A DNA stretch of 58,059 nt from Nautiliaceae bacterium (GCA_039831155.1 JBDONT010000013.1:1-58059); one strand, 5' to 3'; numbered from the stretch's first letter, positions 27,853 through 38,996 are shown. Numbers and translations are program-made. The notes: generated from the sequence alone by a model not told the origin.

Positions 27853-28047
27853 TTATATAGCTAGTAAGTCTCTTACTGCTTTGATGTTTGTATTATCAAC
27901 ATATTTTGGGGCTCTTAAGTGTCTTTTTCTTTTTTGTGATTTTTTAGTTAAGATGTGGCTTCTGAAAGCTGCACCTCTTTTTATTTTTCCACTTTTTTTA
28001 ACTTTAAATCTTTTTGCCGCCCCTCTGTTTGTTTTCATTTTAGGCAT
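27853..28047 (-). CDS. rpmI: 50S ribosomal protein L35
   Basis: MPKMKT..AAKRF..SHILTKK. Confidence 0.99.
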   Translation of the reverse strand: MPKMKTNRGAAKRFKVKKSGKIKRGAAFRSHILTKKSQKRKRHLRAPKYVDNTNIKAVRDLLAI

Positions 28048-28134
28048 AGCTTCTCCTTTAAAGAATTGAGATGAAATTATAGCATAAACTCCATTTTTCT
28101 GCTACAATAAAAAACTTTTTTTTAAAGGAGAAAG

Positions 28135-28947
28135 ATGGTATTGAGAGATTACTTAGAACCGATTTGTTATAAAGAATATGAAAAAATAGAGGGGTTGGAG
28201 GTAAAAGAAGTAGCTAATTTTATGAAAAAGTGCGGGAGTTATACATTTTATATAGTAAAAGATAATAAACCTATTTATATTTTTACCACTACTGATATTT
28301 TGGAAATTATTATTAAAAATTTAGAATGTATAAAGATATCGGATTATATGTCAAAGTACCCTAAAACTTTAAAATCTTTAAAAATTTCCACTCATATTTT
28401 GGATGTTTATAATTATATGAGAAGTAATCGATTGAAATATGTTCCTATTATTGATGACAATAACGAGTTGGTGGGGGAGGTTGCTTTTAAAACTTTAAGT
28501 TTAAAAATTGCTGATATTGCGATAAAAGATTCTTTAACGGGACTTTATAATAAAAAATATTTTGATGTTTTATTGAAAGAGTTTAATGAGTTTAATAAGC
28601 CGTTGGGAATTATTTATATAGAATTTTTAAATTTGGATATCATAGAAGATTTTTATTCTCCGGATTTTGCAAAAGCTCTTTTAAAACTTTATGCAAGAAC
28701 AATTAAACAATGTGTTAGAGATATAGACTTTGTTTTTAGGATAGAAAAAAGGTTTAAAATTTTAACTTTTAATGATTTGGAAGATACGGATAAAATTGCA
28801 AAAAGAATTAATAAAAAATTGGAAGAAACTTCTTTTAATGACGTTAAAGCCGCTTTTAAAATAGTTTTGTCTCAAGTACCGGAATTAGAAGATAATATTT
28901 TAATGGCTATAGAAAGTTGTGAGAAGAGGTTAATTGAAAGGAACTAA
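28135..28947 (+). CDS. CBS-pair protein with degenerate GGDEF domain
   Basis: CBS repeats, DSLTGLYNK, active-site loop reads FRIEKRF. Confidence 0.8.
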   Translation: MVLRDYLEPICYKEYEKIEGLEVKEVANFMKKCGSYTFYIVKDNKPIYIFTTTDILEIIIKNLECIKISDYMSKYPKTLKSLKISTHILDVYNYMRSNRLKYVPIIDDNNELVGEVAFKTLSLKIADIAIKDSLTGLYNKKYFDVLLKEFNEFNKPLGIIYIEFLNLDIIEDFYSPDFAKALLKLYARTIKQCVRDIDFVFRIEKRFKILTFNDLEDTDKIAKRINKKLEETSFNDVKAAFKIVLSQVPELEDNILMAIESCEKRLIERN

Positions 28948-29895
28948 AGCACTTCCCCAGGTAAAACCTCCTCCGAATGCATCAAGAAGCATTATATCGC
29001 CTTTTTTTATTTTTCCGTTTTTAAACATTTCATTGATAGCCATAGGAATGGAAGCTGATGAAGTGTTTCCATATTTTTGAACTGTTAAAACGGATTTTTC
29101 AGGAGGCATTTTAATTGCTCTTGCTACTGCATCTATTATTCTGTAATTTGCTTGATGAGGAATAAACCAATCTATATTTTCACTTGTCATATCGTTTCTT
29201 TTTAAAATGTCTCTTACACTTTGAGATAAAGTTTTAACGGCTACTTTAAAAGTTTCGTTTCCTTTCATTTCAAGCCATATTTTATTGGTTTCACATCCGT
29301 ATTTTACGCCACGACCAGGGGTTATTAAATAATCTTTATATTTTCCGTCGGCATTGATGTCAATATCAATAATTGCTTCATTTTTGTTTTCCGTGGCACT
29401 GATAATAGCAGCTCCCGCTCCGTCTCCAAATAGTACGCAAGTTGTTCTGTCTTGCCAGTTAACTACTTTGCTTAATGTTTCCGCTCCGATAATTAATACG
29501 TTTTTATACATACCGCTTTCTATGAAAGCTTTTGCGTGAGCTAGTGCGTATATAAATCCGGTACAAGCCGCACTAATATCCACAGCCGGTTTTACTATAC
29601 CTAGTTTTTCAGCTACTACACAAGCGGTTGAAGGCATTGTGAAGTAATCAGGAGTAATAGTTGCTACTATTATCATATCTATATCTTCCGGTTTCATATC
29701 AGCATTTTTTAAAGCATCAAGGGCAGCATTGTAAGCCAAATCACTGGTTACTTCATCCTCTACTATATGACGCGTTTTTATACCTGTTCTTTTTGTAATC
29801 CATTCGTCACTTGTATCTACAATTTTTTCTAAATCTTTATTCGTTAAAATTTTTTCAGGAACATAAGCACCGATACTTTTAAATTTTGCATACAT
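28930..29895 (-). CDS. fabH: 3-oxoacyl-ACP synthase III
   Basis: AACTGF, PHQAN, GNTSSAS, GGGFTWG. Confidence 0.98.
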   Translation of the reverse strand: MYAKFKSIGAYVPEKILTNKDLEKIVDTSDEWITKRTGIKTRHIVEDEVTSDLAYNAALDALKNADMKPEDIDMIIVATITPDYFTMPSTACVVAEKLGIVKPAVDISAACTGFIYALAHAKAFIESGMYKNVLIIGAETLSKVVNWQDRTTCVLFGDGAGAAIISATENKNEAIIDIDINADGKYKDYLITPGRGVKYGCETNKIWLEMKGNETFKVAVKTLSQSVRDILKRNDMTSENIDWFIPHQANYRIIDAVARAIKMPPEKSVLTVQKYGNTSSASIPMAINEMFKNGKIKKGDIMLLDAFGGGFTWGSALVPFN

Positions 29896-30878
29896 TAATG
29901 AACCTTTAATGACTCTTGTATTTTATTTGTTACGTCGTTTTCAATATATTTAATTGCTTGGAAAATAGCGTTTTTAATAGCTTTTGAATTGCTTTTTCCA
30001 TGACTTATTATAACACAATCGTTTACTCCAAGAAGTGGGGCACCACCGTATTCCGCATAATCGGTTGTTTTTTTAAGTTCTTTAAATACCGGTTTTAAAA
30101 GTAAAGCACCTATTTTTTGTAAGATACCGGCTTTTTTAATCTCTTCTTTTATTAGTTTACTTATTGTATCCGCTACCCCCTCGCTTGTTTTAAGTACGAT
30201 ATTTCCTATAAATCCGTCAGTTACGACAACATCTACGTCACCTTTGAAGATATCTCCGCCTTCTACGTTCCCTATGAAGTTTTCAAGGTTGGTTAATAAT
30301 TCATATGCTTCTTTTGTAACGGAGTTTCCTTTGCTTTTTTCTTCTCCGTTGCTTAGTAGACCTATTTTTGGAGTTTGGGTATTTAGTACTACTTTGGCGT
30401 AAACATCACCCATAAGGGCAAATTGATATAAGTTTGTTGCGTCGCAATCTACATTTGCTCCCACATCCAGAACAAGAGAGTATTTTTTTTTGATAGTAGG
30501 CATAAAAGTAACAATAGCCGGTCTTTTTATGCCCTTAATTCTTCCGAGTCTTAAAGTAGCAAGACTCATTGTAGCACCACTATGACCTGCCGAAACGACA
30601 CCGTCGACTTCTTTGTTTTTTAAAAGTTCGATAGACTTATAAATAGTGGATTCTTTTCTTTTTAAGGCTTCTGTGGCACTATCACTCATTTGTATGACGT
30701 CGTCACTATTTATAAACCTAACACGAGAGTGATATTTTTGAGGTAAAAGTTTTTGAATTTCTTGATTTCCTACAAGATATGGAGTGAAGTTTTTATTTTC
30801 TTCTAACGCTTGAATAACACCTTCTATTATCGGTGCGGGACCGAAGTCCCCACCCATTGCATCAATTGCTATTTTCAT
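29895..30878 (-). CDS. plsX: Phosphate acyltransferase
   Basis: [26 protein letters not shown]. Confidence 0.98.
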   Translation of the reverse strand: MKIAIDAMGGDFGPAPIIEGVIQALEENKNFTPYLVGNQEIQKLLPQKYHSRVRFINSDDVIQMSDSATEALKRKESTIYKSIELLKNKEVDGVVSAGHSGATMSLATLRLGRIKGIKRPAIVTFMPTIKKKYSLVLDVGANVDCDATNLYQFALMGDVYAKVVLNTQTPKIGLLSNGEEKSKGNSVTKEAYELLTNLENFIGNVEGGDIFKGDVDVVVTDGFIGNIVLKTSEGVADTISKLIKEEIKKAGILQKIGALLLKPVFKELKKTTDYAEYGGAPLLGVNDCVIISHGKSNSKAIKNAIFQAIKYIENDVTNKIQESLKVH

Positions 30879-31027
30879 TAATACTCACCACAGCTAGGGC
30901 ATACTCTATGAGGTCTTTTGTAAGCACCGCATTTTGAACATTTAACTACCGAACTTAATCTGATTTTATAATGAGTTCTTCTTTTTGCCGCTCTTGTTTT
31001 AGAGTTTCTTCTCTTAGGAACCGCCAT
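30878..31027 (-). CDS. rpmF: 50S ribosomal protein L32 (zinc-ribbon form), missing from the ORF track
   Basis: [35 protein letters not shown]. Confidence 0.97.
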   Translation of the reverse strand: MAVPKRRNSKTRAAKRRTHYKIRLSSVVKCSKCGAYKRPHRVCPSCGEY

Positions 31028-31036
31028 TACTTCTCC

Positions 31037-31366
31037 TTAGTATTCTTTATTGAATTTTTCATTTTCGCATTTAGGACAGACATTGTAATCGTTTTGAATA
31101 GATTCATATTCGCTTTTTAAAAGCTCTTCAATGTCGAATTTGTCCATTTCAATAATATCATATTCTTCGTCAAACCCTTTATACGGAGGTTTTACGATTT
31201 TAAAATTTACATCTTCTTTAATAGGTTTTGTGTATTTTTGTAAACATTTAATACACTCAACTTCTACATTACCTTTTAAAGTACCTTTTACTATAAAAGA
31301 AGCGTCTTTGAGTTTTTCGCTTGAGCCTTGAAGCTCAAGACCTTTGAAAGTTTTTTTTACTTCCAA
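31037..31366 (-). CDS. YceD/DUF177-family protein
   Basis: CxxC..CxxC; canonical position upstream of rpmF. Confidence 0.85.
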   Translation of the reverse strand: MEVKKTFKGLELQGSSEKLKDASFIVKGTLKGNVEVECIKCLQKYTKPIKEDVNFKIVKPPYKGFDEEYDIIEMDKFDIEELLKSEYESIQNDYNVCPKCENEKFNKEY

Positions 31367-31780
31367 TTATAAAATCTCTCTTTCGGCAAAGAAAAATGCA
31401 ATTTCTTTTTTAGCGTTTTCAAGACTGTCACTTCCGTGAACTGCGTTTGCTTCGATACTTTCGGCAAAATCAGCTCTAATTGTTCCGGGAGTCGCTTCTT
31501 TAGGGTCGGTTGCACCCATAAGTTCTCTGTTTTTTGCTACGGCATTTTCACCTTCAAGTACCATAACGACAACAGGACCACTGCTCATATATTCGCATAA
31601 GTCGTTAAAAAACGGTCTTTCTTTGTGAACTTCGTAGAATTTACCGGCATCTTCTTTTGTTAGTTTAATTTTTTTCATTGTAGCGATTCTTAAGCCATTG
31701 CTTTCGAATCTATCAATGATTTTACCTATAACATTTTTTGCTACCGCATCCGGTTTTATGATTGAAAGAGTTTTTTCCAT
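31367..31780 (-). CDS. ndk: Nucleoside diphosphate kinase
   Basis: [20 protein letters not shown]. Confidence 0.99.
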   Translation of the reverse strand: MEKTLSIIKPDAVAKNVIGKIIDRFESNGLRIATMKKIKLTKEDAGKFYEVHKERPFFNDLCEYMSSGPVVVMVLEGENAVAKNRELMGATDPKEATPGTIRADFAESIEANAVHGSDSLENAKKEIAFFFAEREIL

Positions 31781-31848
31781 ATTTTCTCTCCTTGAGTTTT
31801 TAGAGAGGAATTATATCAAATTTTGAAGAAAAAAAAAGAGGAAAAGAA

Positions 31849-32121
31849 TTACTCGATTACCGGTTCTCCCGGTTCTCCTCTGTTTTCAGCACAAGTTTGA
31901 CCTTCTTTGCACTCATCCCAAACTATACATCCTTCAGTCGGACATGCTGCTGCACATGCAGGTTCGTCATAGTATCCTACACATTCAACACATTTATCCG
32001 GATATACATAATAAATTTCTTCACCAGTTGGGTTTTCGCTGTCATCAACGATTGCTTCTACCGGGCACTCATCCAGACATGCACCGCAGTTAATACAAGT
32101 ATCAGTAATTTTTACTGCCAT
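31849..32121 (-). CDS. 2[4Fe-4S] ferredoxin
   Basis: CINCGACLDECP and CVEC..PACAAACP. Confidence 0.95.
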   Translation of the reverse strand: MAVKITDTCINCGACLDECPVEAIVDDSENPTGEEIYYVYPDKCVECVGYYDEPACAAACPTEGCIVWDECKEGQTCAENRGEPGEPVIE

Positions 32122-32371
32122 TTTAACTCCTTTTTGTTGTATTTGTAATAGAAATATATCATTTATTTCTTAAAAATTGCTTAAATTTGCTCTATTAAAG
32201 GGGATTGTAAAATTAAATTTTTAGGATGTGTTACATTTTCGGAAATATGGGGAATAAATAGAAAATATATGGCAGGAGTGTAAAAAAATTGAAAATACAA
32301 AATAAAAATTATATTTAAATGGCGAAATGAGCAACAGATTAATTTAAGGATTTTATTTATGATATAAGTGA

Positions 32372-32448
<77 letters not shown>

Positions 32449-32465
32449 ATACTTGGCATTGTAGA

Positions 32466-32541
32466 TGGTGGTCGCTGCAGGGCTCGAACCTGCGACCCCC
32501 AGCTTGTAAGGCTGGTGCTCTCCCAACTGAGCTAAGCGACC
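32466..32541 (-). tRNA. tRNA-Val(TAC)
   Basis: Cloverleaf, loop CT-TAC-AA, encoded CCA. Confidence 0.97.
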
Positions 32542-32549
32542 GTAAAAAA

Positions 32550-32625
<76 letters not shown>

Positions 32626-32628
32626 AAA

Positions 32629-32704
32629 TGGTGACCCGTGTTGGATTCGAACCAACGGCCCTCTGCTTAAAAGGCAGATGCTCTACCGACTGAGCTAACG
32701 GGTC
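32629..32704 (-). tRNA. tRNA-Lys(TTT)
   Basis: Cloverleaf, loop CT-TTT-AA, encoded CCA. Confidence 0.97.
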
Positions 32705-32739
32705 AGTTTTTATTTCACAACTTGCCGTTGTGGACTGAA

Positions 32740-32768
32740 ATTATAAGAAAAAAATTTTTTAATGTCAA
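32740..32768 (-). promoter_or_regulatory. Consensus sigma70 promoter of the tRNA operon
   Basis: Minus strand TTGACA-17 nt-TATAAT. Confidence 0.8.
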
Positions 32769-32775
32769 GAGAAAA

Positions 32776-34170
32776 TTATAAATTTTTTAAAATTTTTATA
32801 ATTTCTCTTTTATTTATTCTGTTTTTTTTGTTTTGGTAGATGTTTTCTTCCAGTTTTTTAAGAATTTCTTCTATTTGAGGGTTGTTTGAGTATTCAAGTA
32901 AAATATTAAAAAGCTCTTTATCGTTTGCTTTTTTTATTTTTTTTATGACGGAAGGTTCTTTTTTTATTTCTATTTTGCTAATACCAAAACCTATTAAAAT
33001 TCCTACAACAAGCATAATAATACTTAGAGTATAATCTTTTTTTACTTTGTAGATTACTTTTTCTTTTGTAATGATTTTTGGCGAATGGTATTTTGGTGTG
33101 AGGCTTTTTACTTCTATTAAGAGAGGGTTTGTTTTTATATGGATGATTTTTGTTTTGAAACTGTTAAATTCAATCGGTTTTATAGATATGTTACGGTCGG
33201 AAATAAGGGTAAAATTTTTAGTGTATTCTCCACAAAGGGTATTGTCTTTTATAAAAGTCTTTATTATCGGTTTATGAGTGTATATAGTTACGTTTGGGAT
33301 GTTTAATTTAAATTGAGGCAGATTATAAAAATCCCCGCATCCTTTGATATTCAGTGTTACGTTTACCGGTTCGTTTGCTTTTACTTTTGTTTTGTCGCTG
33401 CTTAAATAGGCGTTGAATTCTCCAAAAACCGTATTTTTCGGAATAGGTTTTACGCTTACGTTTATTTCGTTTGAGAAGATATTTTTATACTCTATGGAAG
33501 CGGCTATTAAATTAAAAAACGGGTCGTTTGTTTTTTCCTGTTTTAAATAGCCTATTTTGGCTAAAATAGGACCTATTTGGAAGTTGCCAGCTTTTTGAGG
33601 GATTAATAAAAAGTTATATTTTGTTATTGTGTATCCGTCTTTTTTGAATGTTTTTGTGGAGAGTTTTTTGGTGAAAAAGTTATCGAAATTCGGTTTTCTT
33701 ATTTCTATGCTTTGAGGGTTTGTATTGTCTTTTTGGAAAAATTCTATAGAAAAGATAAGAGGTTCTTCTATATAGGTTTGTTGTTTGTTTACGGATAGTA
33801 AGAGTTTAAAATTGGCGTCTTTTGATTGAACGGGTTTTAATACTTTTATATGTATGGGTTTTGTTTTATAGGCTTTATTGTCTATAAAAACTTCAAATGA
33901 AGGAATGGTGACGTCTTTTGTCGGGAAGAATATATAGCTTTTTGAGATGTTTTTTTGCATATTACCGTTTAGAATCGTAATATTTTGCATTATGGCAGTC
34001 CCTTGGACGGGGAAAGGACCTATTTTTTGGATATTTGGGAATTTTATATCGTTTCCACTTGCTTGTATGGTAAATACGACTTCTTCTCCGGGATAAACCT
34101 TTTGTTTATTGACGGATACGTTTACATAAGCCATAAGTAAAAAAGGAATAAGCAAAATCAGTTTTTTCAT
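32776..34170 (-). CDS. BatD-family protein
   Basis: Signal peptide, Ig-like repeats, C-terminal TM; last gene of MoxR/Bat operon. Confidence 0.85.
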   Translation of the reverse strand: MKKLILLIPFLLMAYVNVSVNKQKVYPGEEVVFTIQASGNDIKFPNIQKIGPFPVQGTAIMQNITILNGNMQKNISKSYIFFPTKDVTIPSFEVFIDNKAYKTKPIHIKVLKPVQSKDANFKLLLSVNKQQTYIEEPLIFSIEFFQKDNTNPQSIEIRKPNFDNFFTKKLSTKTFKKDGYTITKYNFLLIPQKAGNFQIGPILAKIGYLKQEKTNDPFFNLIAASIEYKNIFSNEINVSVKPIPKNTVFGEFNAYLSSDKTKVKANEPVNVTLNIKGCGDFYNLPQFKLNIPNVTIYTHKPIIKTFIKDNTLCGEYTKNFTLISDRNISIKPIEFNSFKTKIIHIKTNPLLIEVKSLTPKYHSPKIITKEKVIYKVKKDYTLSIIMLVVGILIGFGISKIEIKKEPSVIKKIKKANDKELFNILLEYSNNPQIEEILKKLEENIYQNKKNRINKREIIKILKNL

Positions 34171-34793
34171 CGTTCGCCTTTTAGTGGTATTAGTAAGGTT
34201 TTAAATTCAAGGGAGTTTAACTCTCTTTCGTAAAATTTTTCTCTTATATCTTTTGTTTTTTGAGGGTTACTCTCTTTTTTTATTTTGTTTGATTTGGATT
34301 TTTTTTGTTTGTTTTTAGATTTTTGATTTTTTGAATTGTTTTTTATCTCTTTTTTGTTTTTACCGTTTTTATTTTTTTTATGGTTTCGGTTGTTTTTTTG
34401 CTTTTTTTTCTTTAAAAGTTTTTCTAGAAGTTTTAAGTTATATAAAGCGTCTTTATCTTTTTTTATTTTAAGGGCTTTTTTGTAAAGAATTATCGCTTTT
34501 TGAAATTGATGTAAATTGGCATAGGCGTTTCCCATATTGTATAGTTTATCGAATTGTAACTTTTTATCGTTAATTTTATCGTAAAGTTTAATAGCCTCTT
34601 TGTATTTACCGGCTTTGTAGTAGGAGTTTGCTGCATTTAACAAAGCTTTTTGTGAGTTTATTTTCAAATACTCTTTTGCGGCTTTTAAGTATTCTTGATT
34701 TTTAAAATAGCTGTCTGCTTTTTTAATGGTAAAATAGTCGAAACTGAATAAAAGAGAGGTAAAAATTATAAAAAGTATCAATAATTTTTTCAA
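34167..34793 (-). CDS. TPR protein (BatC-like) with Lys/Asn-rich linker
   Basis: YNMGNAY, YKKALK..DALYNL. Confidence 0.85.
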   Translation of the reverse strand: MKKLLILFIIFTSLLFSFDYFTIKKADSYFKNQEYLKAAKEYLKINSQKALLNAANSYYKAGKYKEAIKLYDKINDKKLQFDKLYNMGNAYANLHQFQKAIILYKKALKIKKDKDALYNLKLLEKLLKKKKQKNNRNHKKNKNGKNKKEIKNNSKNQKSKNKQKKSKSNKIKKESNPQKTKDIREKFYERELNSLEFKTLLIPLKGER

Positions 34794-35548
34794 ACTTTTC
34801 TCCTTTTAAAAGGGTAAAAAAGAGTTAAAAACAGAATAATAACAGTCAAGATTAAAGGATAATAGAAAAGCTCTTTATAGGATTTTATCTTTACCGTTTG
34901 GTTTTTTGTATCGTTTAAGGCTTTTGCCAAATCTTTTAGACTCTCATCATCATAACTTGCCACAAATATGTTTTGACTTTGGGGAGCTTTGTTTAGTAAA
35001 TAGACGTAAGCTTTATTTGTCGGTTTTGTGCTGAAAATTACTATTTTAGGGTTTTGGGCGATTTTTTTTGCTTTTTGTATGGCGTTTTGAATGTTTGAAT
35101 CTGAATTTATAGAGGTCTTTAGATGGTTTAAAAGATAAATTAAAGAGTTGTAATCGGTTGTGGGAGGGGATATCAAATAAGCTTTATTAGAAAAAGCCAT
35201 AAGGGCTACTTGTTGGTGTTTTAGGAGTTTTAAGAGTTTTTCTATTTTTTGTACGGCGAAACTTTCGTTATTCGGATAAAACTCTTTTTTTTGCATATCT
35301 TTTGAGATATCAAGGGCGATTACGATGTTTTGAGGGATTTTTATAACTGTTTCTTTGTTTTTAATAACGGGTCTTGATAAAGCTAGGATAATTAGAAGAT
35401 ATACTAAACCGAAAAGATAAAATTTTACTTTTTTGGAAATTTCTCCTTTTATTACGATTTTTTTAGGGTAAATAAGGGTAGGTTTTATAAAAAATAAAAA
35501 AACTAAAAAAATTATTCCGAATAGATAATAAGGTTTTAATAACTCCAT
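34790..35548 (-). CDS. vWA-domain protein (BatB-like)
   Basis: ALSRP, IALDISKDM (degenerate MIDAS), SPPTTD. Confidence 0.85.
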   Translation of the reverse strand: MELLKPYYLFGIIFLVFLFFIKPTLIYPKKIVIKGEISKKVKFYLFGLVYLLIILALSRPVIKNKETVIKIPQNIVIALDISKDMQKKEFYPNNESFAVQKIEKLLKLLKHQQVALMAFSNKAYLISPPTTDYNSLIYLLNHLKTSINSDSNIQNAIQKAKKIAQNPKIVIFSTKPTNKAYVYLLNKAPQSQNIFVASYDDESLKDLAKALNDTKNQTVKIKSYKELFYYPLILTVIILFLTLFYPFKRRKV

Positions 35549-36396
35549 AAACTTTTCCTATATCTTAGAATGTATAACCATAAAAGTACTAAAGTGATCA
35601 TTAAAGGATATTCGTAAAAGTAGTGTTTTTGAATGTAAGTTTCGTTTTTTATTTTTGATTTGGTAAGTTTATTTATAGTGGTAAATATATTGTTAAGCGT
35701 TTGAACGGAATCTGCTATAAAAAACTTGCCGTTAGTTTTTTGGGCTATATTTTGAAGGACATTGAAGTTAGCGTCGCTTCCTATTGCTATTGTGAATACT
35801 TTTATATGCTCTTTTTGGAGTTTTTTTAATACAACTTCCAGTGGTACCTGGCTGATATTGTCTTCTCCGTCGGTTAGTAAAATAATTATTTTTTCTCCTT
35901 TTACGTTTTTAAACAGATTTGCAGATAAAAACAAAGAGTCGTAAATTGCCGTTTTTTCTCCGGCTATGGTAGGGTAGATTTTATCTACTATGGTGTTAAA
36001 TATTTTTTTGTTGTATGTAAGAGGAGAAGCGATATAGGCTATATTTCCGAATACCACAAGTCCTATGGAGTCGTTTTTTCTTTTGTTTACGAACTCTTTT
36101 GTTAATTCTTTAGCGACTAAAAGTTTATTAAATTCAGCCATCGAACCGCTAGTATCCAAATCTATTACTATATGGTATCCTTTTGAGAAGTGATTTTTTA
36201 TAATCTTAACTGTAACCGGGCTTGCTAGGGCAAAGGATAAAAACAGAATGATAAAAAATTCTAAAAAATCTATTTTGCTTTTATTTAGCAAGTATGCGTT
36301 TGGAAAAATTATTTTATCTTCGTTTGATAAAAAGAGGTATTTAAATGCTATGTAAATAATAGGAATAGTTAAAGCCAAAGGATATTCGAAATTCAT
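35536..36396 (-). CDS. vWA-domain protein (BatA-like)
   Basis: DTSGS MIDAS, SPLT, TAIYD, LLTDG. Confidence 0.9.
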   Translation of the reverse strand: MNFEYPLALTIPIIYIAFKYLFLSNEDKIIFPNAYLLNKSKIDFLEFFIILFLSFALASPVTVKIIKNHFSKGYHIVIDLDTSGSMAEFNKLLVAKELTKEFVNKRKNDSIGLVVFGNIAYIASPLTYNKKIFNTIVDKIYPTIAGEKTAIYDSLFLSANLFKNVKGEKIIILLTDGEDNISQVPLEVVLKKLQKEHIKVFTIAIGSDANFNVLQNIAQKTNGKFFIADSVQTLNNIFTTINKLTKSKIKNETYIQKHYFYEYPLMITLVLLWLYILRYRKSLWSY

Positions 36397-36746
36397 TCTA
36401 TTTCCTTGATAAAGGATAATATTTTTTCTTTTAGCTCTTCTTTAAGTGGAGGAACTTTTCTTTTATATTTATACTCTTTAAGCTCTTCGCATATTTGATT
36501 AAAAGCCGTTTGATTGTTTTCGTTTACAAATTTTCTTGCGTATTCGCAGAATTTATAAGCAACCTCTTTTGAATCTTCAAAGGTTAGGGTTTTTAATTTT
36601 TGAAGTTCAATCGGCTCTTTTTTTCTTAGATGTTTAAAAAGTAAATATAAAATTACGGCAAAAACTATTACAATCAAAGCTAAAAATATAAAAAACTGAT
36701 AATCTACAATGGTAATGTTTGGTTTTATATCTTTTAAGCCTTCCAT
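36393..36746 (-). CDS. Small membrane protein of the MoxR operon (DUF4381-like)
   Basis: LKDIKP followed by a TM segment; operon position. Confidence 0.75.
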   Translation of the reverse strand: MEGLKDIKPNITIVDYQFFIFLALIVIVFAVILYLLFKHLRKKEPIELQKLKTLTFEDSKEVAYKFCEYARKFVNENNQTAFNQICEELKEYKYKRKVPPLKEELKEKILSFIKEIE

Positions 36747-36749
36747 TTT

Positions 36750-37553
36750 TTACCTTATAAGCTCTTTTAGTTTATAAAAAGCATCTTCGTGGGTGTAAAT
36801 TTTGGTAAAGGGAATGTGATTTTTTATAAACTCTTTTTTTAAGTAAGAGTCGTTTTTGTGGATAAACTTTTGGATTTTCTTTTTTGAAAAAGGATTGAAA
36901 TTTACAGAATAGGTATTGAATGTTATAGGGTCTACGGTTTGTAAGTTTCCTTCAAATGTAGGGTTTTCCTCTTCTAAATCTCTTACGATAATAGCGTATG
37001 TTTCGTGTTTTAAAACGGATAAGTCTATTTTTTCGTAAAAATCACTTATAATAAATAGAATGGATTTAGGGAAAGTGTTTAAAAACTCTATCTCTTTTTG
37101 CGAGTAGGTTTCTTTTAAATATTCGGTATTTAACGTATAATCTATAAAAGCGTAAATCGATTTTTCGGATTTTGTAGGTTTAAATACTTTTTTCTCTTTG
37201 CCTAAAAACACCAGACTTACTCTGTTATCGTACATAACGGCACTTAGTCCTAAAATAGAGATAATTTCTGCGATAAGTTCGGTTTTTAATTTTTGAATTC
37301 CAAAGTGTAAAGTCCCGCTTTTTAAAACCGCTATTAATATTTTTAGTTCTTTTTCTTCATTATACTCCCGAACATACGGTTTGTTTGTTTTTGCCAGCAT
37401 TTTAAAGTCTATTTTTTTGGCATCTTCTTGGTAATTGTACTCTCTAAATTCCCTAAAATCCAATCCTTCTCCTTTGAATTTAGAGAGATATCTTCCGTTT
37501 AGATTTCCGAAAAGTTTTCTTTTTGTTGTTATTACTAATGTTTTTGCATTCAT
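36750..37553 (-). CDS. DUF58 protein
   Basis: G.GLDFREFREY..D..ID..VREY.EE. Confidence 0.92.
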   Translation of the reverse strand: MNAKTLVITTKRKLFGNLNGRYLSKFKGEGLDFREFREYNYQEDAKKIDFKMLAKTNKPYVREYNEEKELKILIAVLKSGTLHFGIQKLKTELIAEIISILGLSAVMYDNRVSLVFLGKEKKVFKPTKSEKSIYAFIDYTLNTEYLKETYSQKEIEFLNTFPKSILFIISDFYEKIDLSVLKHETYAIIVRDLEEENPTFEGNLQTVDPITFNTYSVNFNPFSKKKIQKFIHKNDSYLKKEFIKNHIPFTKIYTHEDAFYKLKELIR

Positions 37554-38485
37554 GGCAAAGGTATCGTAGATAATATATCCTGAATTACGTCTTCTGTTTT
37601 TATGTTGTCGATATCGGCTTTGTAGTTTAGAATAATTCTATGTCGTAGGACGTCTTTTGCTATATGAATGATATCAAGGGGAGTTACGTACTCTTTATTT
37701 TGAAGCATTGCGTAGGCTTTTGAACATTTATAAAGTCCTATACTTGCTCTAGGAGATGCTCCTAAGTCTATATATTCGGCTGTTTTTAGGTTGTATTTTG
37801 AAGGGTTTCTTGAAGCGTCTACGATTTTGGTTATATATTTTATAAGCTCGTCGTCTATGTGAATTGTATTTAATTTTTCTTGCAGTTTTAAGATGTCTTC
37901 TTTTGTTGCTACTTGATTTACCTCTTTTTTTAACTCCATATTTTTTATTATTAAAAACTCATCTTTCAATGAATTGTAAGTAACGTTTACTTTCATTAAA
38001 AATCTGTCAAGCTGGGCTTCCGGAAGAGGATAGGTACCTTCTTGTTCTATAGGGTTTTGGGTTGCTATTACTAAAAAAGGAGGTGTGAGTTTGAATGTTT
38101 TGTCTGCTATTGTGACCTGTCTCTCTTGCATAACTTCAAGCAAAGCCGATTGTACTTTTGCCGGGGCTCTGTTGATTTCGTCAGCTAAGAGTAAGTTTGT
38201 AAATATAGGACCTTTTTTTATTTCGAACGTTTGTGTTTTGGGGTTGTAAATTTCTATTCCGGTTATATCGCTTGGGATTAAATCCGGAGTGAATTGGATT
38301 CTTTTAAACTCAAGACCTATTGTTTTTGCAAGGGTTAAAACGGTTGTGGTTTTTGCAATTCCCGGTACTCCTTCTATAAGTAAGTGCCCTTGGGTAATAA
38401 GTGATATAAGCATAGAGTCTATTAGATAAGAATGACCTATTATTATTTTTGAGACCTCTTTTTTTATCTCTTCTAAGATATTCAT
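37550..38485 (-). CDS. moxR: MoxR-family AAA+ ATPase
   Basis: EGVPGIAKT, RIQFTPDL, LLADEINRA, ATQNP.EQEGTYPLPEAQLDRF. Confidence 0.96.
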   Translation of the reverse strand: MNILEEIKKEVSKIIIGHSYLIDSMLISLITQGHLLIEGVPGIAKTTTVLTLAKTIGLEFKRIQFTPDLIPSDITGIEIYNPKTQTFEIKKGPIFTNLLLADEINRAPAKVQSALLEVMQERQVTIADKTFKLTPPFLVIATQNPIEQEGTYPLPEAQLDRFLMKVNVTYNSLKDEFLIIKNMELKKEVNQVATKEDILKLQEKLNTIHIDDELIKYITKIVDASRNPSKYNLKTAEYIDLGASPRASIGLYKCSKAYAMLQNKEYVTPLDIIHIAKDVLRHRIILNYKADIDNIKTEDVIQDILSTIPLP

Positions 38486-38570
38486 TTACCCCTCTTTTTT
38501 TTTATTATCATATATTATCGGAGTTAAAAGTAGATGAAAAAATACTATAATTCTGAAAAAAGGAGATAAA

Positions 38571-38996
38571 TTGAAAAAATTTTTGCTTATAGCTTTTTTA
38601 ATTTTTAGTGGTTGTACGAAGATGCACAATTCAAACGAAGTAAGTGTGGCTCAAACAAACGAGGTGTTAAGCTTTAAAACCGGAGTTGTTGTAGATACGA
38701 AAAAAGTGATTATTAAAGACAACGGAAACGGAATGATGAGCGGACTTATTACGGGTACCGTTTTAGGGTCTCTTTTTGGAAACGGAAAGGGAAATGTACT
38801 TTCTACTTTAATCGGAGGGTTAAGTGGAGCGTATGCCGGGTATGAACTTGACAAGGCAAACGGAGAAGAGCTTTTTATTAAATTGGATGACGGAGAAAAT
38901 ATAGTTACTATAGTAAAAGGTATCAATATAAAAAAAGGCGATAGAGTTAGAATTATTTTTGAAGGAAGAAGAGTGGTTAGGGTTGAAAAGCTTTAA
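38571..38996 (+). CDS. Glycine-zipper lipoprotein (SlyB/Pcp-like)
   Basis: Lipobox FSGC; G..TG.VLGS.FG.GKG..GG..GA.AG. Confidence 0.88.
   Translation: MKKFLLIAFLIFSGCTKMHNSNEVSVAQTNEVLSFKTGVVVDTKKVIIKDNGNGMMSGLITGTVLGSLFGNGKGNVLSTLIGGLSGAYAGYELDKANGEELFIKLDDGENIVTIVKGINIKKGDRVRIIFEGRRVVRVEKL

Noticed and set aside
27853-28047. Absence of infC upstream of rpmI
   Set aside because: Separation of infC from rpmI-rplT is known in Campylobacter
32776-38485. MoxR-vWA-TPR-BatD cluster as a novel system
   Set aside because: Matches the known MoxR/Bat operon layout; the Lys-rich linker is expected
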